From assembly GCA_965242725.1 (NCBI GenBank), contig CBDESZ010000018.1, forward strand, positions 64,001-128,000: DNA of 64,000 nt. The letters are read 5' to 3'. Origin of the DNA: Alkalispirochaeta sp. (GTDB taxonomy: Bacteria > Spirochaetota > Spirochaetia > DSM-27196 > Alkalispirochaetaceae). Made by a program: the position numbers and the translations under genes. Under the pieces are notes generated by a model, which had not been told where the DNA came from, searched no databases, and saw nothing but the letters and a program-made list of their open reading frames with translations. Shown here one piece after another: positions 1 through 10,788 of this stretch; the first letter of the stretch is position 1; each line of letters starts with the position of its first letter.

Positions 1-1
1 G

Positions 2-223
2 GGTGATTCGGTTCTCGACTACTTCGATACGGACGTTATCCTTACTATTGATCGGCTTGCGCAATTCGCACCCATTCTTAATCTCTCTGCCGTGGCCAGA
101 GAGGCGGGAATCAACGTCCAAACACTGCAGGCCAAGATCCGTCGCAAAACCCCATTGACCGGTGAGGAGACTCGCCACATTGTCGATGTGCTGAAGCGAC
201 ACCATCTGGAGACGGTGGCCTAA
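2..223 (+). CDS. Partial (5'-truncated) small HTH protein, possibly antitoxin-like
   Basis: Not in the ORF track. Frame 2 is open from the window edge: GDSVLDYFDTDVILTIDRLAQFAPILNLSAVAREAGINVQTLQAKIRRKTPLTGEETRHIVDVLKRHHLETVA*. NLSAVAREAGIN looks like a helix-turn-helix. Confidence 0.55.
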   Translation, partial: GDSVLDYFDTDVILTIDRLAQFAPILNLSAVAREAGINVQTLQAKIRRKTPLTGEETRHIVDVLKRHHLETVA

Positions 224-340
224 ACGGGACCGATGTCCGGGACCATGGTTACTGAGGTCGCTTCCGCCGCCATCTATGGCCGCTCATCCTCGCTACCGCT
301 CGGCGCTCACTCGTTTCGAGTCCTCCTGGGTCCCTGAACG

Positions 341-382
341 AAAAAGCGGGCGGCCCCCGTTATAAAGGAGCCGCCCGCTTTT
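341..382. terminator. Intrinsic terminator (probably bidirectional) downstream of tRNA-Arg
   Basis: Inverted repeat AAAAGCGGGCGGC / GCCGCCCGCTTTT with A and T tails, directly after the tRNA 3' end and between convergent genes. Confidence 0.85.
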
Positions 383-383
383 A

Positions 384-457
384 CGCGCCCAACAGGACTC
401 GAACCTGTGACCCTCGGCTTAGAAGGCCGATGCTCTATCCAGCTGAGCTATGAGCGC
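384..457 (-). tRNA. tRNA-Arg (anticodon TCT)
   Basis: Minus strand GCGCTCATAGCTCAGCTGGATAGAGC...CT-TCT-AA...GGTTCGAGTCC...TGGGCGCG; acceptor stem pairs; no encoded CCA. Confidence 0.97.
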
Positions 458-506
458 ATGGTCTGTGGCTGTGTCGCTCCGCTGCAGTGCGGGCGAACTG
501 CCGGGA

Positions 507-579
507 TCGGGATGGCCGGACTCGAACCGGCGGTCTCCTGCTCCCAAAGCAGGCGCCTTAGCCACTAGGCTACATCCCG
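507..579 (-). tRNA. tRNA-Pro (anticodon TGG)
   Basis: Minus strand CGGGATGTAGCCTAGTGG...TT-TGG-GA...GGTTCGAGTCC...CATCCCGA; cloverleaf forms. Confidence 0.97.
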
Positions 580-592
580 GAATTGAATCACG

Positions 593-621
593 AGTATATG
601 GAAGGGACGCGTTGCCGTCAA
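593..621 (-). promoter_or_regulatory. Sigma70 promoter for tRNA-Pro/tRNA-Arg
   Basis: Minus strand TTGACG-N17-TATACT, just upstream of tRNA-Pro. Confidence 0.8.
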
Positions 622-652
622 CGGTGGGATGAGTGTTATAGTGCTTGGCGAA

Positions 653-1306
653 ATGAGTGAACACGAAACGGCCCGGGCGATTGCGATACTTGAAAGACTG
701 ACGGAGCTCTACCCGGAAACGCCGAGCATGCTCAGCTATTCAACCCCTTTTGAGCTGCTCATCGGGGTGATTCTCTCCGCCCAGACGACGGACGATCAGG
801 TGAACGCGATACTGCCCGCCCTCTTTGCCCGGTATCCCGATCCACACGCCCTTGCCGCGGCGGATGTTGCCGAGGTGGAGACGATCATACATTCGGTAGG
901 ATTTTTTCGGCAGAAGGCGAAAAGCATCGTCGCCACCGCGGAAATGCTTGTAGAACGGCACGGCGGAGAGGTGCCGGATACGATGGAGGATCTTACCGGT
1001 CTGCGCGGAGTCGGCCGCAAGTCGGCGGGCGTCATCCTTCTTCACATATACGACCTTCCCGCACTCATCGTGGACACCCACTTCTCCCGTCTCGTCCAGC
1101 GGCTCGGGTTTTCTTCCGCAAAGGATCCGTTGCGTTTGGAACGGGACGTCGCGGCGGTTCTACCCCGGGAACACTGGAACAGCGCGAGCATGCGGTTGAA
1201 CTATCACGGCAGACGGGTGTGTTTCGCCCGGAAGCCGGCGTGTGATCAGTGCGTCCTCTCCGATCTCTGTCCTTCAGCCTTTACCATTGCAGGGGGTACG
1301 GGATGA
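653..1306 (+). CDS. nth: Endonuclease III
   Basis: ILSAQTTD, HhH motif LRGVGRKSA, VDTH, FeS motif CFARKPACDQCVLSDLC. Alternative start at 629. Confidence 0.95.
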   Translation: MSEHETARAIAILERLTELYPETPSMLSYSTPFELLIGVILSAQTTDDQVNAILPALFARYPDPHALAAADVAEVETIIHSVGFFRQKAKSIVATAEMLVERHGGEVPDTMEDLTGLRGVGRKSAGVILLHIYDLPALIVDTHFSRLVQRLGFSSAKDPLRLERDVAAVLPREHWNSASMRLNYHGRRVCFARKPACDQCVLSDLCPSAFTIAGGTG

Positions 1307-2397
1307 TCGTCCGAAAACCGTGGCGTCCGCAGGTACCGGACGAGCTGCAGTCGCTCTTTGCAGAGGAGGGGATTGAAGTTCTGGGCGTCACCGCGGCAAC
1401 GCCTTCAAGGGAGGATGAAGAACGGTACGACCGGTGGTTGTTCAAGGGGTATCACGGATCAATGTCATTCATGGAACGCCACCGGGAAGGGAAGTATCGT
1501 CCCGATAAGATCGTACCGGGCGCCCGGACGATAGTCTTCGGAGCGATAAACTACTATCAACGTCGAACACCATCCGCATCCGACCCGCACCACGCCGGTC
1601 TGGTTGCCCGCTACGCATGGGGAAGGGATTACCATAAGGAGCTGGGGAAACGGCTCAAGCGCATCGCCCGAAAGCTCGGCAGCCGCTATCCCGACGAGAC
1701 GTTCAGGGCATTCACCGACGCAACACCCCTGGCGGAACGTCACTACGGCGAAACTGCGGGGATCGGTTTTACCGGGCGCAACACATTGCTCATAAACGGG
1801 GAACTGGGAAGCTGGTTCTTTCTCGGTGAGATTGTGACGACAAAATACTATCCCCCCGGGGAGGCGGCGGGAAGACATCACGGCGGCTGCCCGACAAATT
1901 GCACAAGGTGCATCGATGTCTGCCCTACCGGCGCGCTTCTCGGTCCCCACCGCATCGATGCCTCCAAATGCATTTCATACCTGACCATAGAGCATGACGG
2001 CCCGATACCGGAACACCTTCGTCCGCATATGGGTAGCTGGATATTCGGGTGTGATCTCTGCCAGGAGGTGTGCCCCCTGAATGTGCGTGCACAGGTGACG
2101 GACGTCTCCGGTTTCACGACGCCCATTGCCGGGGAACGGGTCATACTTCGTGATATATTGACGATGAAGGAGGACGAAGCGTTCGTCGAGCGATTTGCCG
2201 GTTCACCCCTGATGCGGGCTGGTCGGCGAAAGATGATCCGAAATGCCCTCGTCGCCGCGGGAAATCTTCATGCCGAGGACCTGGTAGACCTGGTTCAGTC
2301 GATTGCCGACGGTGATGATGAAATGCTGGCTGAACACGCCCAATGGGCACTCCGGCACATGGGGCAATCGGATGCGCCGGTAGACGGGACAACATAG
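1303..2397 (+). CDS. queG: Epoxyqueuosine reductase
   Basis: ARYAWGRDYH, two 4Fe-4S motifs (CTRCIDVCPTGAL; GCDLCQEVCP), CISYLTIE; ATGA overlap with nth stop. Confidence 0.93.
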   Translation: MIVRKPWRPQVPDELQSLFAEEGIEVLGVTAATPSREDEERYDRWLFKGYHGSMSFMERHREGKYRPDKIVPGARTIVFGAINYYQRRTPSASDPHHAGLVARYAWGRDYHKELGKRLKRIARKLGSRYPDETFRAFTDATPLAERHYGETAGIGFTGRNTLLINGELGSWFFLGEIVTTKYYPPGEAAGRHHGGCPTNCTRCIDVCPTGALLGPHRIDASKCISYLTIEHDGPIPEHLRPHMGSWIFGCDLCQEVCPLNVRAQVTDVSGFTTPIAGERVILRDILTMKEDEAFVERFAGSPLMRAGRRKMIRNALVAAGNLHAEDLVDLVQSIADGDDEMLAEHAQWALRHMGQSDAPVDGTT

Positions 2398-2448
2398 AGC
2401 GATAAGGCAATTTCAAATCTCCCAATTGTCGAATATACTCGATCAGGT

Positions 2449-4095
2449 ATGGACGCTTTATCACCGACTGTGAACAAACGACTCGCCATGCTGGCCCGGC
2501 ACTTCCGGGACGGGTTACCCGCGAAAATACGGGAAATTGTTACGCTTCACGACGACGCAAAAAACGGTAACAGCGACGCCCTCAGGGCATTGCGCATGAG
2601 GGTTCATCGTCTGGCCGGTACGGCATTGACCTTCGGAATGGCCGGACTGAGTGAACGGGCACGACGTGCAGAGGAAGCGATCGAAATCGATCTTTCCTCG
2701 CACAAGGGGATCATTGCGCCCCGGACATCCTCTCTCATTGAGGAACTGCGGAGTGAAGGAACGCAGATAAGCGTCCTCCCCGGGAAGTGGGAACGAACCC
2801 GGGCGGAAGATACAGGTGATGCGTTGCGGGTCGTGGCGGTGGGCGGAACGGTCCGCGGGCTGCCCGCTGACTTCTCCGAACAACTTGCAGTATTCGGAAT
2901 CTTGACGATACACGTACGGGAACCCGACGAAATTCTCACTTATCTCGATGAACATGACGATACGGTTGAATCGTGTCTCTTTCTCGCCGAAGTCTCGTAC
3001 GTGTCGGAGCACCCCGACCGACACGCCGCAATGGGCGAAGTCCGCGGGAAATATATGGACCGGATTGTCACCGTCCTCGTCGGCGGTGACGACGCTTTTT
3101 CAACGCGGCTTCTGTCGGTCCGCTTTCAGGCCGATGCCTTTGTCTCGGCGCCAATGGATGTGGGAGGCCTTGTCATTCAGCTGGATGATATTCTCAAGAG
3201 GCGGAAAAAGGAGCCCTACCACGTCCTCATCGTCGACGAGGATCCCGACTACGTTTCCTCTATCGCGCTTTCACTCCAACAGGCGGGTATGATTACCTCG
3301 GTCGTCACCGATCCGGAAAATATTTTTCGGGTGCTCGTTGAATACAAACCGGAACTCGTTCTCATCAATATGCACATGAATCGCTGTTCCGGTATCGAAC
3401 TTGCGGCGGTCATTCGTCAAAACGAAAATTTCGTGAGTATACCGATCATTTTTCACTCCGTCGAAAAGGATTCCCGTCACCATCTCGAGGCGGTTCAGGG
3501 CGGCGGCGATGATGTCATTACCAATCCCTTTACGCTTGAACATATCGTGCGCTCCGTCCGCCTTCGGGCATCGAGAAACAGGCAGATGCGTTATTTCATG
3601 GAACGGGACTCCCTGACGGGGTTGCTCAATCACACAAACCTGAAACAGCGCCTGGAGCATGAAGTTCAGCGTGCGCGGCGAATCGGAACGAGTCTCGTCT
3701 TTGCGATGGTCGATATAGACCGCTTTAAGGACGTCAACGATACCTACGGACATCTTACCGGCGACAGGGTGATAAAGAATCTGTCCCGTCTGCTGGTGGA
3801 ACGGCTGCGCCGTACCGACGTCGTAGGGCGGTATGGCGGTGAAGAGTTCGGGATAATCCTTTTTAACACCGACGGTGTTCATGCGGCGCGTATCATGAAC
3901 CGCATTCGCGAGGATTTCTGCTCGGTGCACCACGTCGCGGCGGACGGCGACTTTACCGTCTCCTTCAGTTGCGGTCTGGCGGAATATCCGTTGTTTGAAA
4001 CGTCCTTTGATATTACGAAAGCGGCCGATGACGCGCTCTATCTCGCCAAAGAATCGGGACGGGATCGAATTATCGTGGCGGATCGGAACGGTTAG
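2449..4095 (+). CDS. Diguanylate cyclase, Hpt-REC-REC-GGDEF architecture
   Basis: VHRLAGTA (Hpt), two receiver-like domains, DSLTGLLN, DIDRFKDVNDTYGH, I-site RRTD, GGEEF. Confidence 0.92.
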   Translation: MDALSPTVNKRLAMLARHFRDGLPAKIREIVTLHDDAKNGNSDALRALRMRVHRLAGTALTFGMAGLSERARRAEEAIEIDLSSHKGIIAPRTSSLIEELRSEGTQISVLPGKWERTRAEDTGDALRVVAVGGTVRGLPADFSEQLAVFGILTIHVREPDEILTYLDEHDDTVESCLFLAEVSYVSEHPDRHAAMGEVRGKYMDRIVTVLVGGDDAFSTRLLSVRFQADAFVSAPMDVGGLVIQLDDILKRRKKEPYHVLIVDEDPDYVSSIALSLQQAGMITSVVTDPENIFRVLVEYKPELVLINMHMNRCSGIELAAVIRQNENFVSIPIIFHSVEKDSRHHLEAVQGGGDDVITNPFTLEHIVRSVRLRASRNRQMRYFMERDSLTGLLNHTNLKQRLEHEVQRARRIGTSLVFAMVDIDRFKDVNDTYGHLTGDRVIKNLSRLLVERLRRTDVVGRYGGEEFGIILFNTDGVHAARIMNRIREDFCSVHHVAADGDFTVSFSCGLAEYPLFETSFDITKAADDALYLAKESGRDRIIVADRNG

Positions 4096-4573
4096 AGAGT
4101 CGCCGACAAAAATTCAGTTCCCATCTGCTGCCGGACCACCACTGTTCATCATCTCCCAGGGTTATGTCGTAGAGCGACAGCCATAGGGCCGATGTCGCGG
4201 GAAGGGGCGGCGATTCCGGTATCCCGGTAGTGGCGCTCCAGGAAATCCGGACCAGCGGCCGCGAGGAGGGCATCAGGACCGAATCTTCAACGAGGGGAGA
4301 AAATTCGTCTCGCAGATCGTTCTGAAGTCGGGCAAAACCGTGCAATATCGGTTCATTCGCGGTAGATCCTTCGGAAAGAACGAGATGGTGCCGTTTCCGG
4401 AACACATCCAGCGTGTGGATCGCGGGTAACAGGGGTGTCACGGCGATCGGAATAACCGGCGGCAGAAACATCGTCGAGGTGTCACCGGTCGCCTGAAAGT
4501 ACCGTTTCCGGAATGTGTAGAGGGTCTGCTCAATATTGGCGGCAAAGCGAAGTGCCCAGAGAATCGTGGCCAT
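4070..4573 (-). CDS. Hypothetical protein
   Basis: 167-aa ORF filling the gap between flanking genes; no recognised motif. Confidence 0.55.
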   Translation of the reverse strand: MATILWALRFAANIEQTLYTFRKRYFQATGDTSTMFLPPVIPIAVTPLLPAIHTLDVFRKRHHLVLSEGSTANEPILHGFARLQNDLRDEFSPLVEDSVLMPSSRPLVRISWSATTGIPESPPLPATSALWLSLYDITLGDDEQWWSGSRWELNFCRRLSNRSDPPR

Positions 4574-4605
4574 ATATACGCGTCCTATGGTACAGTAGCC
4601 TCAAT

Positions 4606-6026
<1,421 letters not shown>

Positions 6027-6045
6027 AACCGGATCGGCTCTCCCC

Positions 6046-7836
6046 ATGAAAGACGGTCTTCCGTGGAATTCGGACGCGACGATACCCATGCCGGTTCACA
6101 GGCCATCAGGACGCCGGAGATGGGTTCTCCTCGCCGTCATATTACTGTCACTCCTCGGTTGTCATCGCACAATCGAGGGTGTTCCCGTGCTCATTTCCAC
6201 TCCCGAGGGGGAAGTTCCCATAGAAATGAGCGACCGGGAGCGGCTCCCCGCCGGGGAGGAACTCGTCATCGGCAAAAGCCGGGACGGCTATTCAGTCACG
6301 TTCCGGGACGAACATGCCGCACCGTCGGTTGAAACCCTTCGCATCCGCGTGACCGGCGATCCCCGGGGCGGAATGATCAGCTTTTTTGCCGGTGATCGCG
6401 AAGGCAGCGTCTCCTTTTCCTCCCTCTTTGATATGGATAATGCATCCTTGAGCGCCCCCGGCGCCGGCGTGTTCGAAATGGTTCTGCCGCTGCCGTCGTG
6501 GTTTATCCGGGGAGGTTCCTTCATCGAAGATTCCGGGCTTACCTTTTTCCCGGGAGCGACGGGGCAATACCGTGTGGATGCAATCACCTTTGGTCCCCAT
6601 CCATCGTCGCCCTCGGTCGGCTTGCGTGACGACGGGATTTTCACTGTCGACTATAGGTTGCCCGTCTCAGTAGAAGAGGGAAGGTGGATCGTCCGCCTTC
6701 CTTCTGAGTCTATGGCGAGTGATCCCGTAACGTACGCGCTCTCATATCGTTGGATTGAGGAAGAAATTGACGGCGTCGCCGTTTTCGGGGATCGCAGCGA
6801 CCGACCCCATGCAATGATCAGCGACGGTGCGACCCGTGTACGCGTGAATATGCGTCCCCGGGGTGGAACGACCACATTCCGACCCGCCCTGTGGGGACTC
6901 CAGGGAGAGTACCTGCAGATCGAAAGGGGAATTCGGGACTATCCCTTCCAACTGACCGGTTTTTCAGTCGTCGCCGATTCGGGGGAGTCATCGGGCCCCA
7001 TCACCGTGGAGCTGTCGGAACTCACCCGCTATCCCGTATCTTCATGGCGCAACGATGAGTTTGAACTCTTCTCGTGGTCGACGTTTCCCGATGTGTTGTG
7101 GGTCGACTCGGTCTCCTACGCGGTACAGTCGAAGTTTTTCAAACGAATGGCCTTTTTTGTTGAGAAGCGCGGCTATATCGGTTCCCTCCTTACCGATGAG
7201 GAGCTCTCAGGCCTCCACGGTTACAACGCCCATAACTATCGCCCCGAGGGCCTCGCCGATTTTTATACCGCCGCTGAACGCGAAGACTTTCCCCTCAACA
7301 GCTATGAACTGCTCCTGCGGGATGTGGTGGAACGTCACGGGATCATCATCCGCGACGAACGCGGCGGATGGCGGCCCGGCTCGGGAGGCGTATTGGGGGT
7401 GAGCCGGGAAAGCACCGGAGAACACCGACGTCTGTTGGTGGTGCATGAGGCGATGCACGGTGTGCTCTACGAGGAGGACGAATTTCACCGGGGAGTATCC
7501 GATTACTGGCGGTCAAGCCTTTCCGAGCGGGAACGTCAGTACTGGCGGGATATGCTGGGCTGGATGGGGTACGCCCCCGGAGACGAGTACCTCATGTACA
7601 ACGAGTTTCAGGCCTATCTCCTGCAGCGGCCGGAAGCGGCGACGCGCTGGTACTTTCGGTCACTCATGGCTGACCGCGTACGGAACGCCCGCGGCCGTCG
7701 CGAACCGGTGGATACATTCCTCGGCGATCATCCGACCACCTTCGTGGACAGCGCGGCGGCGATGAACGATCTCCTCTTCAGGACGACGGGACTCATCGGG
7801 GGAAATCCCTATTACCTTGAAGCAACGACCGACTGA
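6046..7836 (+). CDS. Putative lipoprotein with C-terminal HExxH zincin-like domain
   Basis: Basic N-region, hydrophobic stretch and LLGC lipobox; VVHEAMHGV and a downstream NEFQAY. Start could be 6088. Confidence 0.7.
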   Translation: MKDGLPWNSDATIPMPVHRPSGRRRWVLLAVILLSLLGCHRTIEGVPVLISTPEGEVPIEMSDRERLPAGEELVIGKSRDGYSVTFRDEHAAPSVETLRIRVTGDPRGGMISFFAGDREGSVSFSSLFDMDNASLSAPGAGVFEMVLPLPSWFIRGGSFIEDSGLTFFPGATGQYRVDAITFGPHPSSPSVGLRDDGIFTVDYRLPVSVEEGRWIVRLPSESMASDPVTYALSYRWIEEEIDGVAVFGDRSDRPHAMISDGATRVRVNMRPRGGTTTFRPALWGLQGEYLQIERGIRDYPFQLTGFSVVADSGESSGPITVELSELTRYPVSSWRNDEFELFSWSTFPDVLWVDSVSYAVQSKFFKRMAFFVEKRGYIGSLLTDEELSGLHGYNAHNYRPEGLADFYTAAEREDFPLNSYELLLRDVVERHGIIIRDERGGWRPGSGGVLGVSRESTGEHRRLLVVHEAMHGVLYEEDEFHRGVSDYWRSSLSERERQYWRDMLGWMGYAPGDEYLMYNEFQAYLLQRPEAATRWYFRSLMADRVRNARGRREPVDTFLGDHPTTFVDSAAAMNDLLFRTTGLIGGNPYYLEATTD

Positions 7837-9397
7837 TTCTCCATCGGGGATAGACGATATCCCGCCGCAGAGAAATCAAACCGACCGCATCAAGGTTCTC
7901 AAGTCCCTCCTCCAGTTCATCGCTCCGCCAGCCGCGGAAGAGCCCCCATCCGGGAAGGTGACGGTGGCCGGCGAGTCGTGATGCCGAGGACCCCCGCCCC
8001 TGCCACAGAGCGATCCACTGGGACGTGTGCAGCCGCTGCGGCGTTACGGCTATAGAGATCGTCGCAAGGACCATCCCGGGAGAACACGTCACACATCTTC
8101 CCCGGACACAGTGGTCACAGCCGCCGCAGGTGTCCTGGTCGTATCCCATGCAACGAAGAAGTCCGGTGCGACGGCAGGTAGCACTGAAGAAGACGTCTTC
8201 CACGGGACTCGACGAGCTGGTCCGCGTCCGATCGCGGTAGGCAACCACGTCGATGCCATCCACAAGTGTGACCGAGAGGGCGGGGGCTCCGTCCCGTCCG
8301 CCCCGACCGCTCTCCTGCAGAAACGCTTCCACCGAAGCGGGAATATATGTGTGTATCACGGCCCGTACATTTTTCTTGTCCACTCCCATACCGTAGGCGC
8401 ATGTGGCGGCAAGGACGCCGTCGGGAGAAGAAAAAAACTCTTTCTCGATCCGTCGTTTTTCAGATCCGGAGAGGCCTGCATGGTAGGAAAAGCAACGACT
8501 CCGGCCGACGCTGCGCGCCGCAACGGCGGCGTAGAAGTGTGTTTCCCCCCTGGTACGGCAAAAAATGATCGCCGGCCGCGGAATCCTCTGTCCCGGGGAA
8601 AAGACCGGCAGGGGATCGTCGGGGGAGGCGGATGCGTCGTGTTCTCCAACGGAGGTGTCAGTAAGCGCCCCGCCACGAAGCATGGCGGCGACGGCGCGGC
8701 GCTTACTGAGACATGAAATGACGCTGTAAGAGATGTTTTGCCGGTCCGCGTTGCCCCTGATGAGATGGGCACGGCCTTCCGGGAAGAGAACTTCCCTGAT
8801 GCGGGCGATCACTTTTTCTGAAGCAGTTGCGGTAAATGCCGTAATCAGGGGAACGTCGATTCCGGAAAGAGATTCTCCCACCGTGAGATAGGCGTCGCGG
8901 AAGGTGTCGCCCCATTCACTGATGCAGTGAGCCTCGTCCAGGACGGCGTGAAGGGGGCGGGCGCGACGAAGAAGTTCCTGTATATCCGGACGACGCAACG
9001 TTTCGGGGTTGGTGAGAATGAAATCGCAACGACCGGTGATTTTGTCGGCTGCCGTACGTCGATCGGCGGGAGTCATACCGCCCTTCAGCTGTACCGTGAT
9101 AAAACCCGCCTCAGACATGCGGCGCTCCTGATCATTCATGAGGCTGAGTAGGGGGTATACAACAAGCGTGGGGAAGGGGAATTGTGTAGCCGGCAATTGG
9201 AAACAGAGGCTCTTGCCCGCACCGGTGGGCAAAATGACGATCTGTCGCCCCATTTCGGTCGCGTCTTCAGACGGTGCGTTTCCCGTGATCAAGGGTTCCG
9301 CGGCGGAGAGAATATTCCGGACCACCAGACGCTGATACGGAAACAGATAGGGTACGCCGAAACGCTCCGCCGCAATCGTGTCTATTGAATCGTCCAC
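7793..9397 (-). CDS. recQ: RecQ-family ATP-dependent DNA helicase
   Basis: LPTGAGKSLCFQ, LDEAHCISEWG, FTATA, YGMGVDK, QESGRGGRDG, Zn motif CRR...CGGCDHC; no obvious HRDC domain. Confidence 0.93.
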   Translation of the reverse strand: MDDSIDTIAAERFGVPYLFPYQRLVVRNILSAAEPLITGNAPSEDATEMGRQIVILPTGAGKSLCFQLPATQFPFPTLVVYPLLSLMNDQERRMSEAGFITVQLKGGMTPADRRTAADKITGRCDFILTNPETLRRPDIQELLRRARPLHAVLDEAHCISEWGDTFRDAYLTVGESLSGIDVPLITAFTATASEKVIARIREVLFPEGRAHLIRGNADRQNISYSVISCLSKRRAVAAMLRGGALTDTSVGEHDASASPDDPLPVFSPGQRIPRPAIIFCRTRGETHFYAAVAARSVGRSRCFSYHAGLSGSEKRRIEKEFFSSPDGVLAATCAYGMGVDKKNVRAVIHTYIPASVEAFLQESGRGGRDGAPALSVTLVDGIDVVAYRDRTRTSSSSPVEDVFFSATCRRTGLLRCMGYDQDTCGGCDHCVRGRCVTCSPGMVLATISIAVTPQRLHTSQWIALWQGRGSSASRLAGHRHLPGWGLFRGWRSDELEEGLENLDAVGLISLRRDIVYPRWRISRSLLQGNRDFPR

Positions 9398-9480
9398 GCC
9401 CCGTTCAGTACGAAAACATCTGCCCCGCTTGGTATGCGCGATATTCCGGGTGCGTTATAGCGGCTTCGCGAACGGCGTCG

Positions 9481-10689
9481 CTACCACAGAGCGGCAAAGG
9501 CGTCCACAAATCGCCTCGCCAGGGCATTTGCGTCGTCGGTACCGGTTCCATCGACGGGGATAATGCCGCGCCACAGCGGCGCCTTCCCTCCGCCTTTTGC
9601 ATTGAGCGGCGAGAGGAGCTCTTTCCTCAAACGGTCCGCGGGAAACGGCAGCTCCGCACCGATAACCACCGCCCAGTGAATCTTTTCTGCCTCAATATTT
9701 ACCGCAACCAGCCGCTCCTGCGGGTTCACCGTTGCCGCTTCCGCCAGCGCCTTGAAGACATCGGGGTCCTCGTTATGCAGGATGATACCGCCATGTACTC
9801 GCTCGGCACCGTTGAGGATATAACCGGCTATGCGTTCCGCCCGTATTCTCAACGATCGTCTCAGCTCCTGGATTTCGTTCCGTTCCGTGTCTATCCGTTC
9901 AGGGAGCAGGGAAAACGGGGCGGAAAATTTCTCCGCCGCATCGACGACGACCGTGTGTTTTGCCCGATAGTCCACCAGTGCCCGATTGCCGATTTTGAAG
10001 TGAAAGCGCTGATGTCCCCTGATGCGTTCCTCCTGAACAACCTGTACGGCGTTGAGGGACGCCGTCGACGGCAGGTGTACTCCTCCACATGCGACGAGAT
10101 CATAGGGACGGTCGTCATTTCCTACCTGTACGAGCCGGATTTTGCCTTTCCGTCCGGTAGCACGACGAAGCCGGTATCGGGGCAGTTCATCTTCAGTGAT
10201 CCAGAATCCGTGAATGGGCAGATTGTCGCGGATCGCCTCGTTGGCACAGTCAACAACGGCGTTGATTTGCTGCGACGACAGCCGGTCCGTGTCTATTTCG
10301 ATGCTTGTCACATCGCTGCCCTGGGCAACACTGACCGTTGCCGCTTCGGCGACCGTCCAGAGAGCGGCGGAAAGGACGTGCTGCCCGGAATGCTGTTGCA
10401 TATAATCAAATCGGTGCTCCCAGTCAATGACACCGGTGACGGCGTTTCCGACGGAAATCGACGCCTCCAGGGGGTGCGCGAGCTGATGGACGATCGCTCC
10501 GTCGTCCCGTTTCTGCACATCCGTTATAACGCTTCCATTAATCGTGCCGCGGTCGGCCGGCTGGCCGCCCCCTTCGGGATAAAAAAGTGTCCGGTCGAGG
10601 ACGATTGCCTGTCGATGTTCACCGATTTCAATGATTTTTGCTTCGAACTTCGTCGCCGTTGCATCGTCATAGTAGAGGGGATAGGTCAT
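9481..10689 (-). CDS. Alanyl-tRNA editing protein (AlaX-type, with DHHA1 C-terminus)
   Basis: LDRTLFYPEGGGQPADRG, MQQHSGQH, CGGVH, C-terminal KGGG; no aminoacylation domain. Confidence 0.9.
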   Translation of the reverse strand: MTYPLYYDDATATKFEAKIIEIGEHRQAIVLDRTLFYPEGGGQPADRGTINGSVITDVQKRDDGAIVHQLAHPLEASISVGNAVTGVIDWEHRFDYMQQHSGQHVLSAALWTVAEAATVSVAQGSDVTSIEIDTDRLSSQQINAVVDCANEAIRDNLPIHGFWITEDELPRYRLRRATGRKGKIRLVQVGNDDRPYDLVACGGVHLPSTASLNAVQVVQEERIRGHQRFHFKIGNRALVDYRAKHTVVVDAAEKFSAPFSLLPERIDTERNEIQELRRSLRIRAERIAGYILNGAERVHGGIILHNEDPDVFKALAEAATVNPQERLVAVNIEAEKIHWAVVIGAELPFPADRLRKELLSPLNAKGGGKAPLWRGIIPVDGTGTDDANALARRFVDAFAALW

Positions 10690-10788
10690 ATCTTCATGGT
10701 ACGGAAAACGCGTCGTCTGTAAAGTACATTGTCGCAACGCGTTGTCCCGCCGGTCGGACGTACATGGCGGTGGAGCTGCCGTGGCGCT

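Noticed and set aside
419..664. Short ORFs over the tRNAs (also 44045-44641 and the 44496 extension of rplY)
   Set aside because: They overlap clear tRNA genes.
9385..10722. Long antisense ORFs (also 22771-24177, 34955-35956, 37728-38846)
   Set aside because: They shadow well-supported genes on the other strand, as expected in GC-rich DNA, and show no motifs.
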